Shown here: piece after piece, positions 12,780-21,627 of the stretch
Position numbering within the stretch: the stretch's first letter is position 1
Layout of the letters: every line of letters starts with the position of its first letter
NCBI GenBank assembly: GCA_965223795.1
Contig: CBDCXL010000002.1
Coordinates: 96,001-160,000, forward strand
Reading direction: 5' to 3'
Length of the DNA stretch: 64,000 nucleotides
Origin: Nitrospinales bacterium
GTDB lineage: Bacteria > Nitrospinota > Nitrospinia > Nitrospinales > VA-1
Translations under genes and position numbers: made by a program
Notes under the pieces: model-generated
Seen by the model: only the letters and a program-made list of their open reading frames with translations
Told to the model about the DNA's origin: nothing
Databases searched by the model: none

Positions 12780-14156
12780 TCAGCCCATCTCTTCGGGAGA
12801 CGGCTCCTCATTTCCCCCCTGCTGGCCGGACAGGTTGTAGAAGCGGGTGTGGTCGTTCTCGAAATGCAGCTTGACGTCGCCGATGGGCCCGTTTCGCTGC
12901 TTGCGGATCAGGATCTCGGCGATGCCGACCTGATCGCCTTCGGGGTTGTACACCTCGTCGCGGTAAATGAACGCGACCACATCGGCGTCCTGCTCGATCG
13001 ATCCGGATTCGCGCAGATCGGACAGCAGCGGCCGTTTGTCGGTGCGGCTTTCGACGCCGCGGCTGAGCTGGGAAAGCGCCACGATGGGCACATTGACTTC
13101 CTTGGCGAGCGCCTTGAGCCCGCGGGAAATCTCCGACACTTCGAGCTGGCGGCTTTCGGTGTTGGCACGGCCGTGCATGAGCTGCAGGTAATCGACGATA
13201 ATGAGGCCGAGTTTCTGCTCCGCCGCCAGCCGCCGGGCGCGGGCGCGGATGTCCAGCGAACTCAAGGCCGGGGTGTCGTCGATGTACATGGCTGCTTCCG
13301 AAAGGCGGCTCGCCGCCTGGGTGAGCTTGGGCCAGTCGCTCTTGGCGAGGTAGCCGGTGCGCAGCTTGGCGGAGTTGATGCGCGCCTCGGCGCACAGCAT
13401 GCGCAGGCCGAGCTGCTCCTTCGACATCTCCAGGCTGAAGATCGCGGTGGGCACCCTTTCGTGCAGGGCCGCGTGCCGGGCGATGTCGAGCGCGAAACTG
13501 GTTTTCCCCATGCTGGGCCGTGCGGCGATGATGACGAGGTCGGAAGGCTGCAGGCCGGCGGTCAGGTTGTCGAGATCGAGAAACCCGGTGCTCACACCGG
13601 TGACCATGCCGGGATTTTCCACCAGCTTCTCGATGGAAACAAAGTTGGATTTGACGACTTCCTGCAGGCTGAAAAAACTGCGGTTGGACCGTTTCTCGGA
13701 AATCTGGAAGATGGACTGCTCGGCGCGGTCGAGGATCTGGTCGACGTCTTCGGCGTTGCTGTAGCTGTCGGTGACGATCTGGGTGGCGGTCTCGATCAGC
13801 TCGCGCAGCACCTTTTTTTCCCGCACGATCTTGGCGTGGTGCAGGACGGCGGTGGCGGTGGGGACGAAGTCTTCGAGAAAATCCAGGTAGTCCATGCCGC
13901 CCACCGCATCGAGCTCGCTCTTCTTGCGCAGCTTCTCGGCCAGTGAGAGCACGTCGATGGGGTCGTTGGCCTCGAAAAGATCCAGCATGGCGATGTAGAT
14001 CTTTTTGTGGCTGGACTTGTAAAAATCCTCCTCGCCGAGGACTTCCAGAGTCTTGGCGACGGCTTCCTGAGATTTGAGGCAGGACGCCAGCACGCTCTGC
14101 TCGGCTTCCATGCTGTAAGGGGGAAGTTTGCTTAACGCAAGGTCCGATACGGCCAT
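12780..14156 (-). CDS. dnaB: Replicative DNA helicase
   Basis: PPYSMEAEQSVL, AARPSMGKT, IVDYLQLM, SDLRESGSIEQDAD, KQRNGP. Confidence 0.99.
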   Translation of the reverse strand: MAVSDLALSKLPPYSMEAEQSVLASCLKSQEAVAKTLEVLGEEDFYKSSHKKIYIAMLDLFEANDPIDVLSLAEKLRKKSELDAVGGMDYLDFLEDFVPTATAVLHHAKIVREKKVLRELIETATQIVTDSYSNAEDVDQILDRAEQSIFQISEKRSNRSFFSLQEVVKSNFVSIEKLVENPGMVTGVSTGFLDLDNLTAGLQPSDLVIIAARPSMGKTSFALDIARHAALHERVPTAIFSLEMSKEQLGLRMLCAEARINSAKLRTGYLAKSDWPKLTQAASRLSEAAMYIDDTPALSSLDIRARARRLAAEQKLGLIIVDYLQLMHGRANTESRQLEVSEISRGLKALAKEVNVPIVALSQLSRGVESRTDKRPLLSDLRESGSIEQDADVVAFIYRDEVYNPEGDQVGIAEILIRKQRNGPIGDVKLHFENDHTRFYNLSGQQGGNEEPSPEEMG

Positions 14157-14182
14157 GGGTCTCCTCCCGGGACAAGGTGGAT

Positions 14183-14758
14183 TCAGGAGGTTTCTTCTTT
14201 GCTGTCCTCGCTGGCTTCCTCAGTGTTTTCTTCGGGGGCGGCCGCCGCTTCGGCCGCGTCCGCGGTTTCGGCGGTTTCGTCCGTTTCCGCCGGGGCGGGT
14301 TCGGGCTCGGCCTGTTTGTCCGCGACCACGGAGACCTGGATCCTGGCGGTCACTTCCGGGTGCAGCTTCACCGGGACCTGGTACTCGCCGAGCGCCTTGA
14401 TCGGTTCGGCGGGGGTGATCTTGCGCCGGTCCACCTCGATGCCCTTTCCGCGCAGCGAGTCGGCGATTTCCTGGGTGGTGACGGAACCGTACAGTTTCCC
14501 CTGCTCGCCGACTTTCTTTTTGATGACGCAGGTTTCCTTGCCGATCCGCTCGGCCAGCTCGTTGGCGGCGCCGACGATCTTTTTCAGCTTGCCCTGGACG
14601 ATTTTTTTCTGGTGGTTGAACTGCTTGAGGTTTTTCGGTGTGGCGAGCAGCGCTTTGCCCTGCGGGATCAGGTAATTCCTGCCGTAGCCGTCCTTCACGG
14701 TCACCTCGTCGCCGCAGAAGCCGAGCCCGTCCACGTTTTCTTTCAGTAACAGCTTCAT
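14183..14758 (-). CDS. rplI: 50S ribosomal protein L9 with acidic C-terminal tail
   Basis: VKDGYGRNYLIP, GKLYGSVT, VKLHPEV. Confidence 0.98.
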   Translation of the reverse strand: MKLLLKENVDGLGFCGDEVTVKDGYGRNYLIPQGKALLATPKNLKQFNHQKKIVQGKLKKIVGAANELAERIGKETCVIKKKVGEQGKLYGSVTTQEIADSLRGKGIEVDRRKITPAEPIKALGEYQVPVKLHPEVTARIQVSVVADKQAEPEPAPAETDETAETADAAEAAAAPEENTEEASEDSKEETS

Positions 14759-14794
14759 GTCCCTTTCACTCCGTTGCGTTTGCAGATTGTTTTC

Positions 14795-15754
14795 TCATTC
14801 CGGTTCGTCTTCCGCCGCCGGTTTTTTTCTCAGCTTTCTGAAATCCACCCAGATGTCGAACACGCCCAGTCCTGCAATGAGCCCGATCAGCATGGGCTGG
14901 ATCAGGGTCAGCAGAAAAAACAGCGCCCACAAAAACCGGGGCAGGTTCTTGGCCTCCATGATGTGGATGGCGATGGCCATCCCGTGCAGGAAATAAACCC
15001 ACAGCATCACGAGGAACAGATTCAGGCCCAGTGTTTTCGCTTCTCCCGAAAGCAGGAACACGAACGCGCCGGACAGGATCAACGGCCAGATCCACTGCTC
15101 GTCGAGCACCCATTGGGAAAACTTTCCCTGCGGGAACACCGTCTCGCCGTACAGCCTGCGCCATGCGAGGCGCACCAGGAAAAAATTGATCACGGCGGTC
15201 ATCATCGAACCGACGACGATGAACGCGGGGTACGCCGAGGCAAAGGTGCGGGAGGTGCCTTCGACGAACTCGGTCATCGCGTTCATATCGGCCGGCGCCT
15301 GCCCGGTCTCTTTCAGGGTTTCCATCGACTGATGGAAATGGCTTTCAATCTGCTCCTGAAAAAAATCGGTGACCGATTTCTCCTGGCTGCCGTACAGCAT
15401 CACCAGCAGCAGGATCGACAGCATCGACGAGGCCAGCGTGCTGAACAGCACGCAGCGGTCCATGCTGAACCCGGCTTTGATCGTCTCGGCCATGACGGCG
15501 GCCATGACCGCGTATTCCGCGAAAAACAGGATGGCCTGTCCCGGCCCCATCAGCGTGTACAGGGCGGCGAACACCAGCACCATCAGGATCACGCCCACCT
15601 GCATTCCCCGCTGCAGGTACACGAAAAGCAAGGGGGCCGGAGCGAGAATGCCCGCCAGTATTCCCAGCGGGGGAATCAGCACGACCACGAAAAAAACGGC
15701 CGTGACCAGGATCAGCGGCAGCAGCAGATCCCTTAACTCGGGTTTCTCGGACAA
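14795..15754 (-). CDS. YybS/DUF2232 family membrane protein
   Basis: Multi-TM protein ending GLGVFDIWVDFRK, located between rpsR and rplI. Confidence 0.85.
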   Translation of the reverse strand: MSEKPELRDLLLPLILVTAVFFVVVLIPPLGILAGILAPAPLLFVYLQRGMQVGVILMVLVFAALYTLMGPGQAILFFAEYAVMAAVMAETIKAGFSMDRCVLFSTLASSMLSILLLVMLYGSQEKSVTDFFQEQIESHFHQSMETLKETGQAPADMNAMTEFVEGTSRTFASAYPAFIVVGSMMTAVINFFLVRLAWRRLYGETVFPQGKFSQWVLDEQWIWPLILSGAFVFLLSGEAKTLGLNLFLVMLWVYFLHGMAIAIHIMEAKNLPRFLWALFFLLTLIQPMLIGLIAGLGVFDIWVDFRKLRKKPAAEDEPE

Positions 15755-15757
15755 GGT

Positions 15758-15994
<237 letters not shown>

Positions 15995-16047
15995 GTTTTC
16001 CTCTTTGTAAAATCAGAAATTCACGCTTTCTGAAATGAACGTTTGTA

Positions 16048-16458
16048 TTAAAACGGGATGTCGTCTTTGTCGCCGCCGGCTCCCTGCGAGGGCGCGTACT
16101 CTCCGGAGCCTTTGCCTTCGCCGCCACCGCCGGGCTTTCCGAGAAACTGCACGGTGTTCGCCACCACGTCGAGCTTGTTGCGCTTCTGTCCGGCGTCGGT
16201 TTCCCAGGACTGAAAATTGAGACGGCCTTCGACGAACACCGGGCTGCCCTTGTGCAGATACTCGGCGCAGTTTTCCGCCTGCTTGGCCCAGACCGTGATG
16301 TCGACGTAGCAGACTTCGTCTTTCCAGTCGTCTCCCTGCTTGTAACGCCGGTTGACCGCCAACCCGAAGCTGGCGACGGCGGCCCCGCTCGCGGTGTAGC
16401 GCAGTTCCGGATCGCGGGTCAGATTTCCCATCAGCAACACTTTATTGAAAGATGCCAT
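16048..16458 (-). CDS. ssb: Single-stranded DNA-binding protein
   Basis: NKVLLMGNLTRDPELRYT, C-terminal DDIPF. Confidence 0.98.
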   Translation of the reverse strand: MASFNKVLLMGNLTRDPELRYTASGAAVASFGLAVNRRYKQGDDWKDEVCYVDITVWAKQAENCAEYLHKGSPVFVEGRLNFQSWETDAGQKRNKLDVVANTVQFLGKPGGGGEGKGSGEYAPSQGAGGDKDDIPF

Positions 16459-16502
16459 CGGTCACCATCCTGTAGCGGGTTTTGGATTGACGCGCGGTAA
16501 GT

Positions 16503-16898
16503 TCAGCCGTCCGACTTTTCGGCGGCGGCCGGTTTCTTTTCCTCGCCCGGTTTTTCGCCTTCGGGCTCGGATTCCTTTTCTTCATTGACACTGAGGACCC
16601 GCTCCCGTTCCTTTTCCTCCAGCCGGACCACCATATACTTTATGATGGGGTCGAACAGGCGGAATTTTTCCTCGAGGGCGGAAACCTTTTCGTTGTCGCA
16701 GGTGTGGTAAATGTTGAGATAAAACCCGAAGCGGTTTTTCTTCACTCGGTACGCCAGGCGCTTTTTTCCCCATTTATCGACTTTGAGGAACTCGCCGCCC
16801 TGGGCCTTGACCATGTCTTCGATGCTTTTCAGGGCGTCGTCGACCTGGGCTTCGTCATAATCGGGTTTCAGAATCAGAATACTCTGGTAGGTACGCAA
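16503..16898 (-). CDS. rpsF: 30S ribosomal protein S6
   Basis: RTYQSILILKP, WGKKRLAY; TTG start at 16898 with GAGGAGG RBS; operon position. Confidence 0.95.
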   Translation of the reverse strand: MRTYQSILILKPDYDEAQVDDALKSIEDMVKAQGGEFLKVDKWGKKRLAYRVKKNRFGFYLNIYHTCDNEKVSALEEKFRLFDPIIKYMVVRLEEKERERVLSVNEEKESEPEGEKPGEEKKPAAAEKSDG

Positions 16899-16899
16899 A

Positions 16900-16958
16900 T
16901 GGACCTCCTCGTGAGTTGTGCCGTGAGCCCTGACCTCTTTGAGCCAGAGCGAGGGGGT
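16900..16958 (-). promoter_or_regulatory. Putative S6:S18 autoregulatory leader structure
   Basis: Minus strand CCCCTCG...CGAGGAGG can pair over the SD; inner hairpin CTCTGGCTC-AAA-GAGGTCAGGG. Confidence 0.45.
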
Positions 16959-17032
16959 TGATCGATTGAAATTTTTCCAGATTCTGGCACAGGAACCGGT
17001 TAAAATCAAGCGAATTCAATGCGGAGTGCGTC

Positions 17033-18217
17033 TTGCAAAACCTTCTCTACTTACAAGGGGTTAGCGTATTTTCCCCAGGCCGGAAACAGGGACCGGCGGC
17101 CGCGGCTTTGTGGCTTTCCGTCTGCCTGCTTTTCGCCGCCTGCGATATGAAACTGCCCAAGCCGCCGCCGGACCTGTTTTACAAGTTCAACGTGCTGCCG
17201 GTGGGACAGGGGCCGTCGGATCTATTGACCCTGGATCTCAACCGCGACGGCCAGGCGGACATCGTTTCGGCGAACGCGAAAAACAGCTCGCTGTCGATCC
17301 TGTACGGCAAGGGGGACGGCACTTTCCTCCCCACGGAGAACCTGGCGGTGCCGCTGGAACCCACCCGGCTGGCGGCGGGGGATATCAACGGCGACGGGCT
17401 GCTGGACCTTGCGGTCAACTCGCGCGGCACGCATTCGCTGACAATTTTATTACAACGGGTGAACGGGTCGTTCCGCCGGGTGAAGCCGGTGCCCACGGGC
17501 CGGGTGCCGCTGGCGGTGATCCTCGACGATTTCAACGGCGACGGCCGCCTCGACGCGGCGGTCACGCTGACGTTCGACAAGCTGGAGATCCACCTGGGCA
17601 ACGGCGACGGCACGTTCAAGATGGGCGCAACCTACTACACCGGGTCGCGGTCGTTCTCGGGCGTGTCCGGCGATTTCAACGGCGACGGCAACCGCGACAT
17701 CGCGGCGGCGGCGACCAGCTCCGGCGCCAGCTCGCTGCGCGTGTTCTGGGGCAACGGCGACGGCACCTTTCAGAAACCGCTCAGGCTGGTCGAGGGGTTG
17801 ATGCCGCTTGCGGTCACGGCGCACGACATGAACGCGGACGGCAAGGAGGACCTCATCGTCGGCGCGGGCCAGGGCGACAATATGTACCTGATCCTGTCCA
17901 ACGGCGACGGCACGTTTCAAAAGGAGACCGCCTTTTCCGGCGGCGGCGGGCCGATCTCGCTGGTCGCCGAGCATTTCAACGACGATACGCTGATGGACGT
18001 GGCGGTGGCCAACTCGCGCAGCAGCAGCTTTTCCCTCATCATCCGCAGGCCGGACGGCCGGTTCCGCTACCCCACGCGGGATTACATAGTGGAAGGCGGC
18101 ACGCCGCTCGCCATCACCAGCGGCGACTACAACGACGACGGCATGGCGGACATCGCGGTCTCCAGCAACGCCTACCACACGGTGGAAGTGTACCTCCGGC
18201 GCCGGATCTTGCAGTGA
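17033..18217 (+). CDS. FG-GAP/VCBS repeat beta-propeller lipoprotein
   Basis: Repeated D(F/L)NGDGxxD and GNGDGTF motifs; LFAAC lipobox. Confidence 0.88.
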   Translation: MQNLLYLQGVSVFSPGRKQGPAAAALWLSVCLLFAACDMKLPKPPPDLFYKFNVLPVGQGPSDLLTLDLNRDGQADIVSANAKNSSLSILYGKGDGTFLPTENLAVPLEPTRLAAGDINGDGLLDLAVNSRGTHSLTILLQRVNGSFRRVKPVPTGRVPLAVILDDFNGDGRLDAAVTLTFDKLEIHLGNGDGTFKMGATYYTGSRSFSGVSGDFNGDGNRDIAAAATSSGASSLRVFWGNGDGTFQKPLRLVEGLMPLAVTAHDMNADGKEDLIVGAGQGDNMYLILSNGDGTFQKETAFSGGGGPISLVAEHFNDDTLMDVAVANSRSSSFSLIIRRPDGRFRYPTRDYIVEGGTPLAITSGDYNDDGMADIAVSSNAYHTVEVYLRRRILQ

Positions 18218-18231
18218 ACGGAAAGGCGTCT

Positions 18232-18257
18232 GACAGGATGAACGGGATGAAAGCGGA
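18232..18257 (+). repeat. REP-like repeat, left arm of the outer inverted pair (partner 21585-21611)
   Basis: GACAGGATGAACGGGATGAAAGCGGA vs reverse complement of partner GACAGGATGGACAGGATGAAAGGCGGA. Confidence 0.7.
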
Positions 18258-18422
18258 AAAATTCGTATAATGACCCGATTCAAAGAAAAACGAAGGATCG
18301 AAGCGGCGATCGCACAGCAAAACCAATAAAAGTAGCTTAAGATTGGGGTTGCCCGGGGTTCTGCATGACCGCTTCTGACGACTCGAAGCGGACATTTTTT
18401 TGAAGAAAGGAAATTTTAAATT

Positions 18423-19316
18423 ATGCCAGGAAACAGTCGAATCGGCATTGTAGGCGTTGGCCGCATGGGGTCCAATATGGCCCGGCGTCTCAAAGATCAG
18501 GGTTTTGTCATCACTGCGGTCCAGGATCTCCACGCTCCGGCAGCGGAAGCATTGGCAAAGGAACTTTCCTGCGAGCAGGCTGCGACGCCGGCGTGCGTCG
18601 CGGAATTAAGCGATGTCGTGCTGACTGTGGTTTCCAATGACGCGGCAATGGGTGAGATTTTCGCGGAAGAAAAACCCACCAGCCTGCTTTGCCATGCCAG
18701 GGGCAGATTATTTATCAATTTCGCAACGGTCAGCCCCGAAACACACATCAAAACGGAAGCCCGCGTCGAGAGTAAAGGCGGAACCAACCTGGAAGCGTTG
18801 ATGGCCAGCAGTATCACCCAGGCACGCGAAGGCACTCTCTATCTTATGTGCGGCGGGAAAAAGCCGGTCTTTGAACAGGCTCGAACAATACTTGAGGCAA
18901 TGAGCTCCAGGCTTCTCTATGTCGGCCCCGCGGGTGACGCGGCAAAGGTCAAAGCCCTCGTCAATATGGTCATGAACAGCAACACCGCCGCGTTGGCGGA
19001 AGGCCTGGGGCTCGGAGACGCCCTTTCGCTGGATCTGACAATGCTTCGTGAGGTCTTTGGTCAGACCGGTGCGGCCTCGCGCGTTCTTGAAACGGACGGC
19101 GAAGACATGCAAATTCGGGATCATGAATGCTATTTCTCCGCCGCGCATGCGGCCAAGGATTCCGGAATCGCCCTCGACCTGGCGCGATCCGCAGGATTGA
19201 AGCTGCCGATAGCACAAGCCACTTTCGATCAATACCAGCGTCTCGTCGAAGCGGGTAAGGGAGAACTGGACAAGTCGGCTGTGGCGGAACTGGTGTTTAA
19301 AGGAAGAATGCAATAA
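18423..19316 (+). CDS. NAD(P)-dependent oxidoreductase, beta-hydroxyacid dehydrogenase family
   Basis: IGIVGVGRMG Rossmann motif, GTLYLMCGG, KVKALVN, AAKDSGIAL. Confidence 0.9.
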   Translation: MPGNSRIGIVGVGRMGSNMARRLKDQGFVITAVQDLHAPAAEALAKELSCEQAATPACVAELSDVVLTVVSNDAAMGEIFAEEKPTSLLCHARGRLFINFATVSPETHIKTEARVESKGGTNLEALMASSITQAREGTLYLMCGGKKPVFEQARTILEAMSSRLLYVGPAGDAAKVKALVNMVMNSNTAALAEGLGLGDALSLDLTMLREVFGQTGAASRVLETDGEDMQIRDHECYFSAAHAAKDSGIALDLARSAGLKLPIAQATFDQYQRLVEAGKGELDKSAVAELVFKGRMQ

Positions 19317-19327
19317 AGGGAGCGACA

Positions 19328-20197
19328 ATGGCACTCGAAGATGAATTGGGAGATATTTTACAAAAGGCCCGGGATGGAAAAGCCTGGTCTCTGGACGACC
19401 TTGTTCGCGCAACGGACCTTTCGGTGGACGACCTCCGGCAGATAGAACGTTATCAACTGACGCCGGAGGATGCGGATGTCTTGAAGCTGGCGCAGGCTTT
19501 GGGTCTGGATGGACCGGCCTTGATCGACATTGCCCGGGAACGCTGGGAACCCGACAAACCCGCCGATGATCCGGATTTCGATCTGGTCTGCCTGAATGTA
19601 TTCATGGGCGAGTACCCGGTAAATTGCTACCTGCTGCGCTGCAAGGCAACGGGAGAAACTGCGGTGGTGGACACGGGAGCAAACCCGAAAACCATCATCC
19701 GCAAAGCCCGGGAAATGGGGGTTCGGCCCGGCAAGATTTTATTGACCCATGCCCACCCGGATCACGCAGGCGGCCTGGGAGAACTCAGCGATGCTTTCAA
19801 CTGCCCTACCTATATCGACCATAAAGAGCCCAGGCCCAAAGGAAGCGACGACTTTAAAATTGTCAAGGAAGGGGATGAAATAACGCTGGGCAATTTGCGA
19901 ATCCAGTGCATTGAAACGCCCGGTCATACAGCAGGCGGGGTTTCTTACCTGATAAACCAGACCCTGCTATCGGGGGATGTGATTTTCGCAGGGTCCATGG
20001 GACGTGCCAATTCCTCGTGGGAAGACCTGTTTAATTCCATCACCCGAAAGGTATTGCGCTTGCCCGATGCGACGGGCATTCACCCCGGCCACGGTCCCGC
20101 GACCACCGTGGGGCAGGAGAAACATCACAATCCGTTTTTTAAAGGACGCGTGGGGAATGATGCAGACGGGATGGGCGGGATAAAAGCGAAAACCTGA
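19328..20197 (+). CDS. XRE-type HTH fused to a metallo-beta-lactamase-fold hydrolase (glyoxalase II-like)
   Basis: N-terminal HTH (LQKARDGKAWSLDDLVRAT...IE); THAHPDHAGG, TPGHT, SGD, PGHGP. Confidence 0.85.
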   Translation: MALEDELGDILQKARDGKAWSLDDLVRATDLSVDDLRQIERYQLTPEDADVLKLAQALGLDGPALIDIARERWEPDKPADDPDFDLVCLNVFMGEYPVNCYLLRCKATGETAVVDTGANPKTIIRKAREMGVRPGKILLTHAHPDHAGGLGELSDAFNCPTYIDHKEPRPKGSDDFKIVKEGDEITLGNLRIQCIETPGHTAGGVSYLINQTLLSGDVIFAGSMGRANSSWEDLFNSITRKVLRLPDATGIHPGHGPATTVGQEKHHNPFFKGRVGNDADGMGGIKAKT

Positions 20198-20200
20198 TTG

Positions 20201-20348
20201 AACCGCAAAGACGCAAAGGACGCAAAGAAAAGCAAAAACAGGGGACAGGGTTAACAGGATAAAAACCAGATTGAAAGGAAAACCTGCCTCGCGCAAAGAC
20301 GCCAAGCCCCCCTCACCTCAGTCCTCTCCCCCCTCAGGGGGGAGAGGA
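20201..20348 (+). repeat. Cluster of REP-like elements, including the left arm of the inner inverted pair (20201-20231)
   Basis: AACCGCAAAGACGCAAAGGACGCAAAGAAAA; GACAGGGTTAACAGGAT; CGCAAAGACGCCAAG; CCCCTCACCTCAGTCCTCTCCCCCTCAGGGGGAGAGG hairpin. Confidence 0.7.
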
Positions 20349-20393
20349 AGTTGGCAGCCAATCACTAAATTACAGTAGGTTGCTTGAGGAACC

Positions 20394-20873
20394 TTATATT
20401 TCTTCCTCTTCCTTTGAAATCATCAAGCCAGGTACTTTACGAACTGCGTCCTCATACTCCTCTTTGGCAAGAAGTAAATAGGCATCTTTTTCGTGGGCAA
20501 TGTTTACCAACCAGGGAGACCCGTCTTCTCTAAGCAGACATAAATCTTCCGGAAGTCTGGGTTGCACCCAGTCAAACAAGTTCTTTGAAACGCCGGTTAA
20601 GATTGGCAGGATCTCTGCACATAGCCTATATGAATAAACGCTTGCCGTATGGTCCAAAAGCCTGGTGCCAGGCCATTCTGACTTTTCCTCACGACTGATT
20701 AAAAAATCATTTAACGATTCCAAGAGCCTTTTTCCCTCATCACTCAGTTCGATTGAACCTCGGACCACCAATAGAAACGCATTGCAATAATCCAGAGAAA
20801 GCTCAAGCAGGTTGTAATAATCTTCCTCAGCTGGAGTTTTATCAAAGCAGTATTGACTGCGCTTCATAGTCAC
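20394..20873 (-). CDS. Conserved-looking hypothetical protein (WPGT / PEDL / HE motifs), AT-rich
   Basis: Clean 159-aa ORF with SEWPGTRL, LPEDLCLL and IAHEKD; overlaps the stop of the upstream gene. Confidence 0.7.
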   Translation of the reverse strand: MTMKRSQYCFDKTPAEEDYYNLLELSLDYCNAFLLVVRGSIELSDEGKRLLESLNDFLISREEKSEWPGTRLLDHTASVYSYRLCAEILPILTGVSKNLFDWVQPRLPEDLCLLREDGSPWLVNIAHEKDAYLLLAKEEYEDAVRKVPGLMISKEEEEI

Positions 20874-21337
20874 CCACTATTTAAATCCAGCGGTTTTCTA
20901 AATCGAGATAAAGTCTGTAAATATTTAACTTCTAAAAATATCAGTCCAACTGGAATTATTAGAACTGCTACTAGATTGTATGACCCCAATGAAGACAACA
21001 TTGTAATAAAATGCAACCAAAAAACATGAAAGATGGGACTATATACACTGGTTAAAGCCATCCCAGCAATAGTTGCAACGAGGATATTCATTAATATTCG
21101 ACAGATAGAAATAAATATTTCTAAACGAAATACCCATCTCCCTATATTTCTGCGCCATATATTTACTAAATTAAAAACATTCATGAAAATATATGTGACT
21201 CTACTAGACAGTATTGTTATCAAGGTCAGAAGTGAAAATTCTCTCAAAAAAGAATCATATTTGAAGATTGTAAGAATTATAAAATCTGATACTAACAGGA
21301 TTACGTATATAGCTTTATAGATCAAAACGAAATTCAT
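20870..21337 (-). CDS. Hypothetical membrane protein (about 4-5 TM), very AT-rich
   Basis: 155-aa hydrophobic ORF in AT-rich DNA, coupled to the next gene (GTGA). Confidence 0.55.
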   Translation of the reverse strand: MNFVLIYKAIYVILLVSDFIILTIFKYDSFLREFSLLTLITILSSRVTYIFMNVFNLVNIWRRNIGRWVFRLEIFISICRILMNILVATIAGMALTSVYSPIFHVFWLHFITMLSSLGSYNLVAVLIIPVGLIFLEVKYLQTLSRFRKPLDLNSG

Positions 21338-21441
21338 AAATTGTGAATTCCAATCTTTTGCACAATGAAGCTATTACTAAGGGAGATAAAGGAATCTAAA
21401 GGGGTCGAGTCTTGACTTGGTAAGTATTTTCCTTTGGCTGT

Positions 21442-21472
21442 TTTTCTTTGCGTCCTTTGCGCCTTTGCGGTT
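21442..21472 (-). repeat. REP-like repeat, right arm of the inner inverted pair
   Basis: Reverse complement AACCGCAAAGGCGCAAAGGACGCAAAGAAAA, 30/31 identical to 20201-20231. Confidence 0.8.
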
Positions 21473-21584
21473 TGATTGCCTTTGCTTTTCCACACGCCAA
21501 TAAGGCTTTGGCCGAACACAGCTCGACACCCGCTTGTCAAAATACTGGAGGTGGCTCGGCGCGAGGATGGGTTTTTCCCTTCTA

Positions 21585-21611
21585 TCCGCCTTTCATCCTG
21601 TCCATCCTGTC
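21585..21611 (-). repeat. REP-like repeat, right arm of the outer inverted pair
   Basis: Inverted match to 18232-18257 (2 mismatches, 1 indel). Confidence 0.7.
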
Positions 21612-21627
21612 CGGTCTTTTCTCGGGA

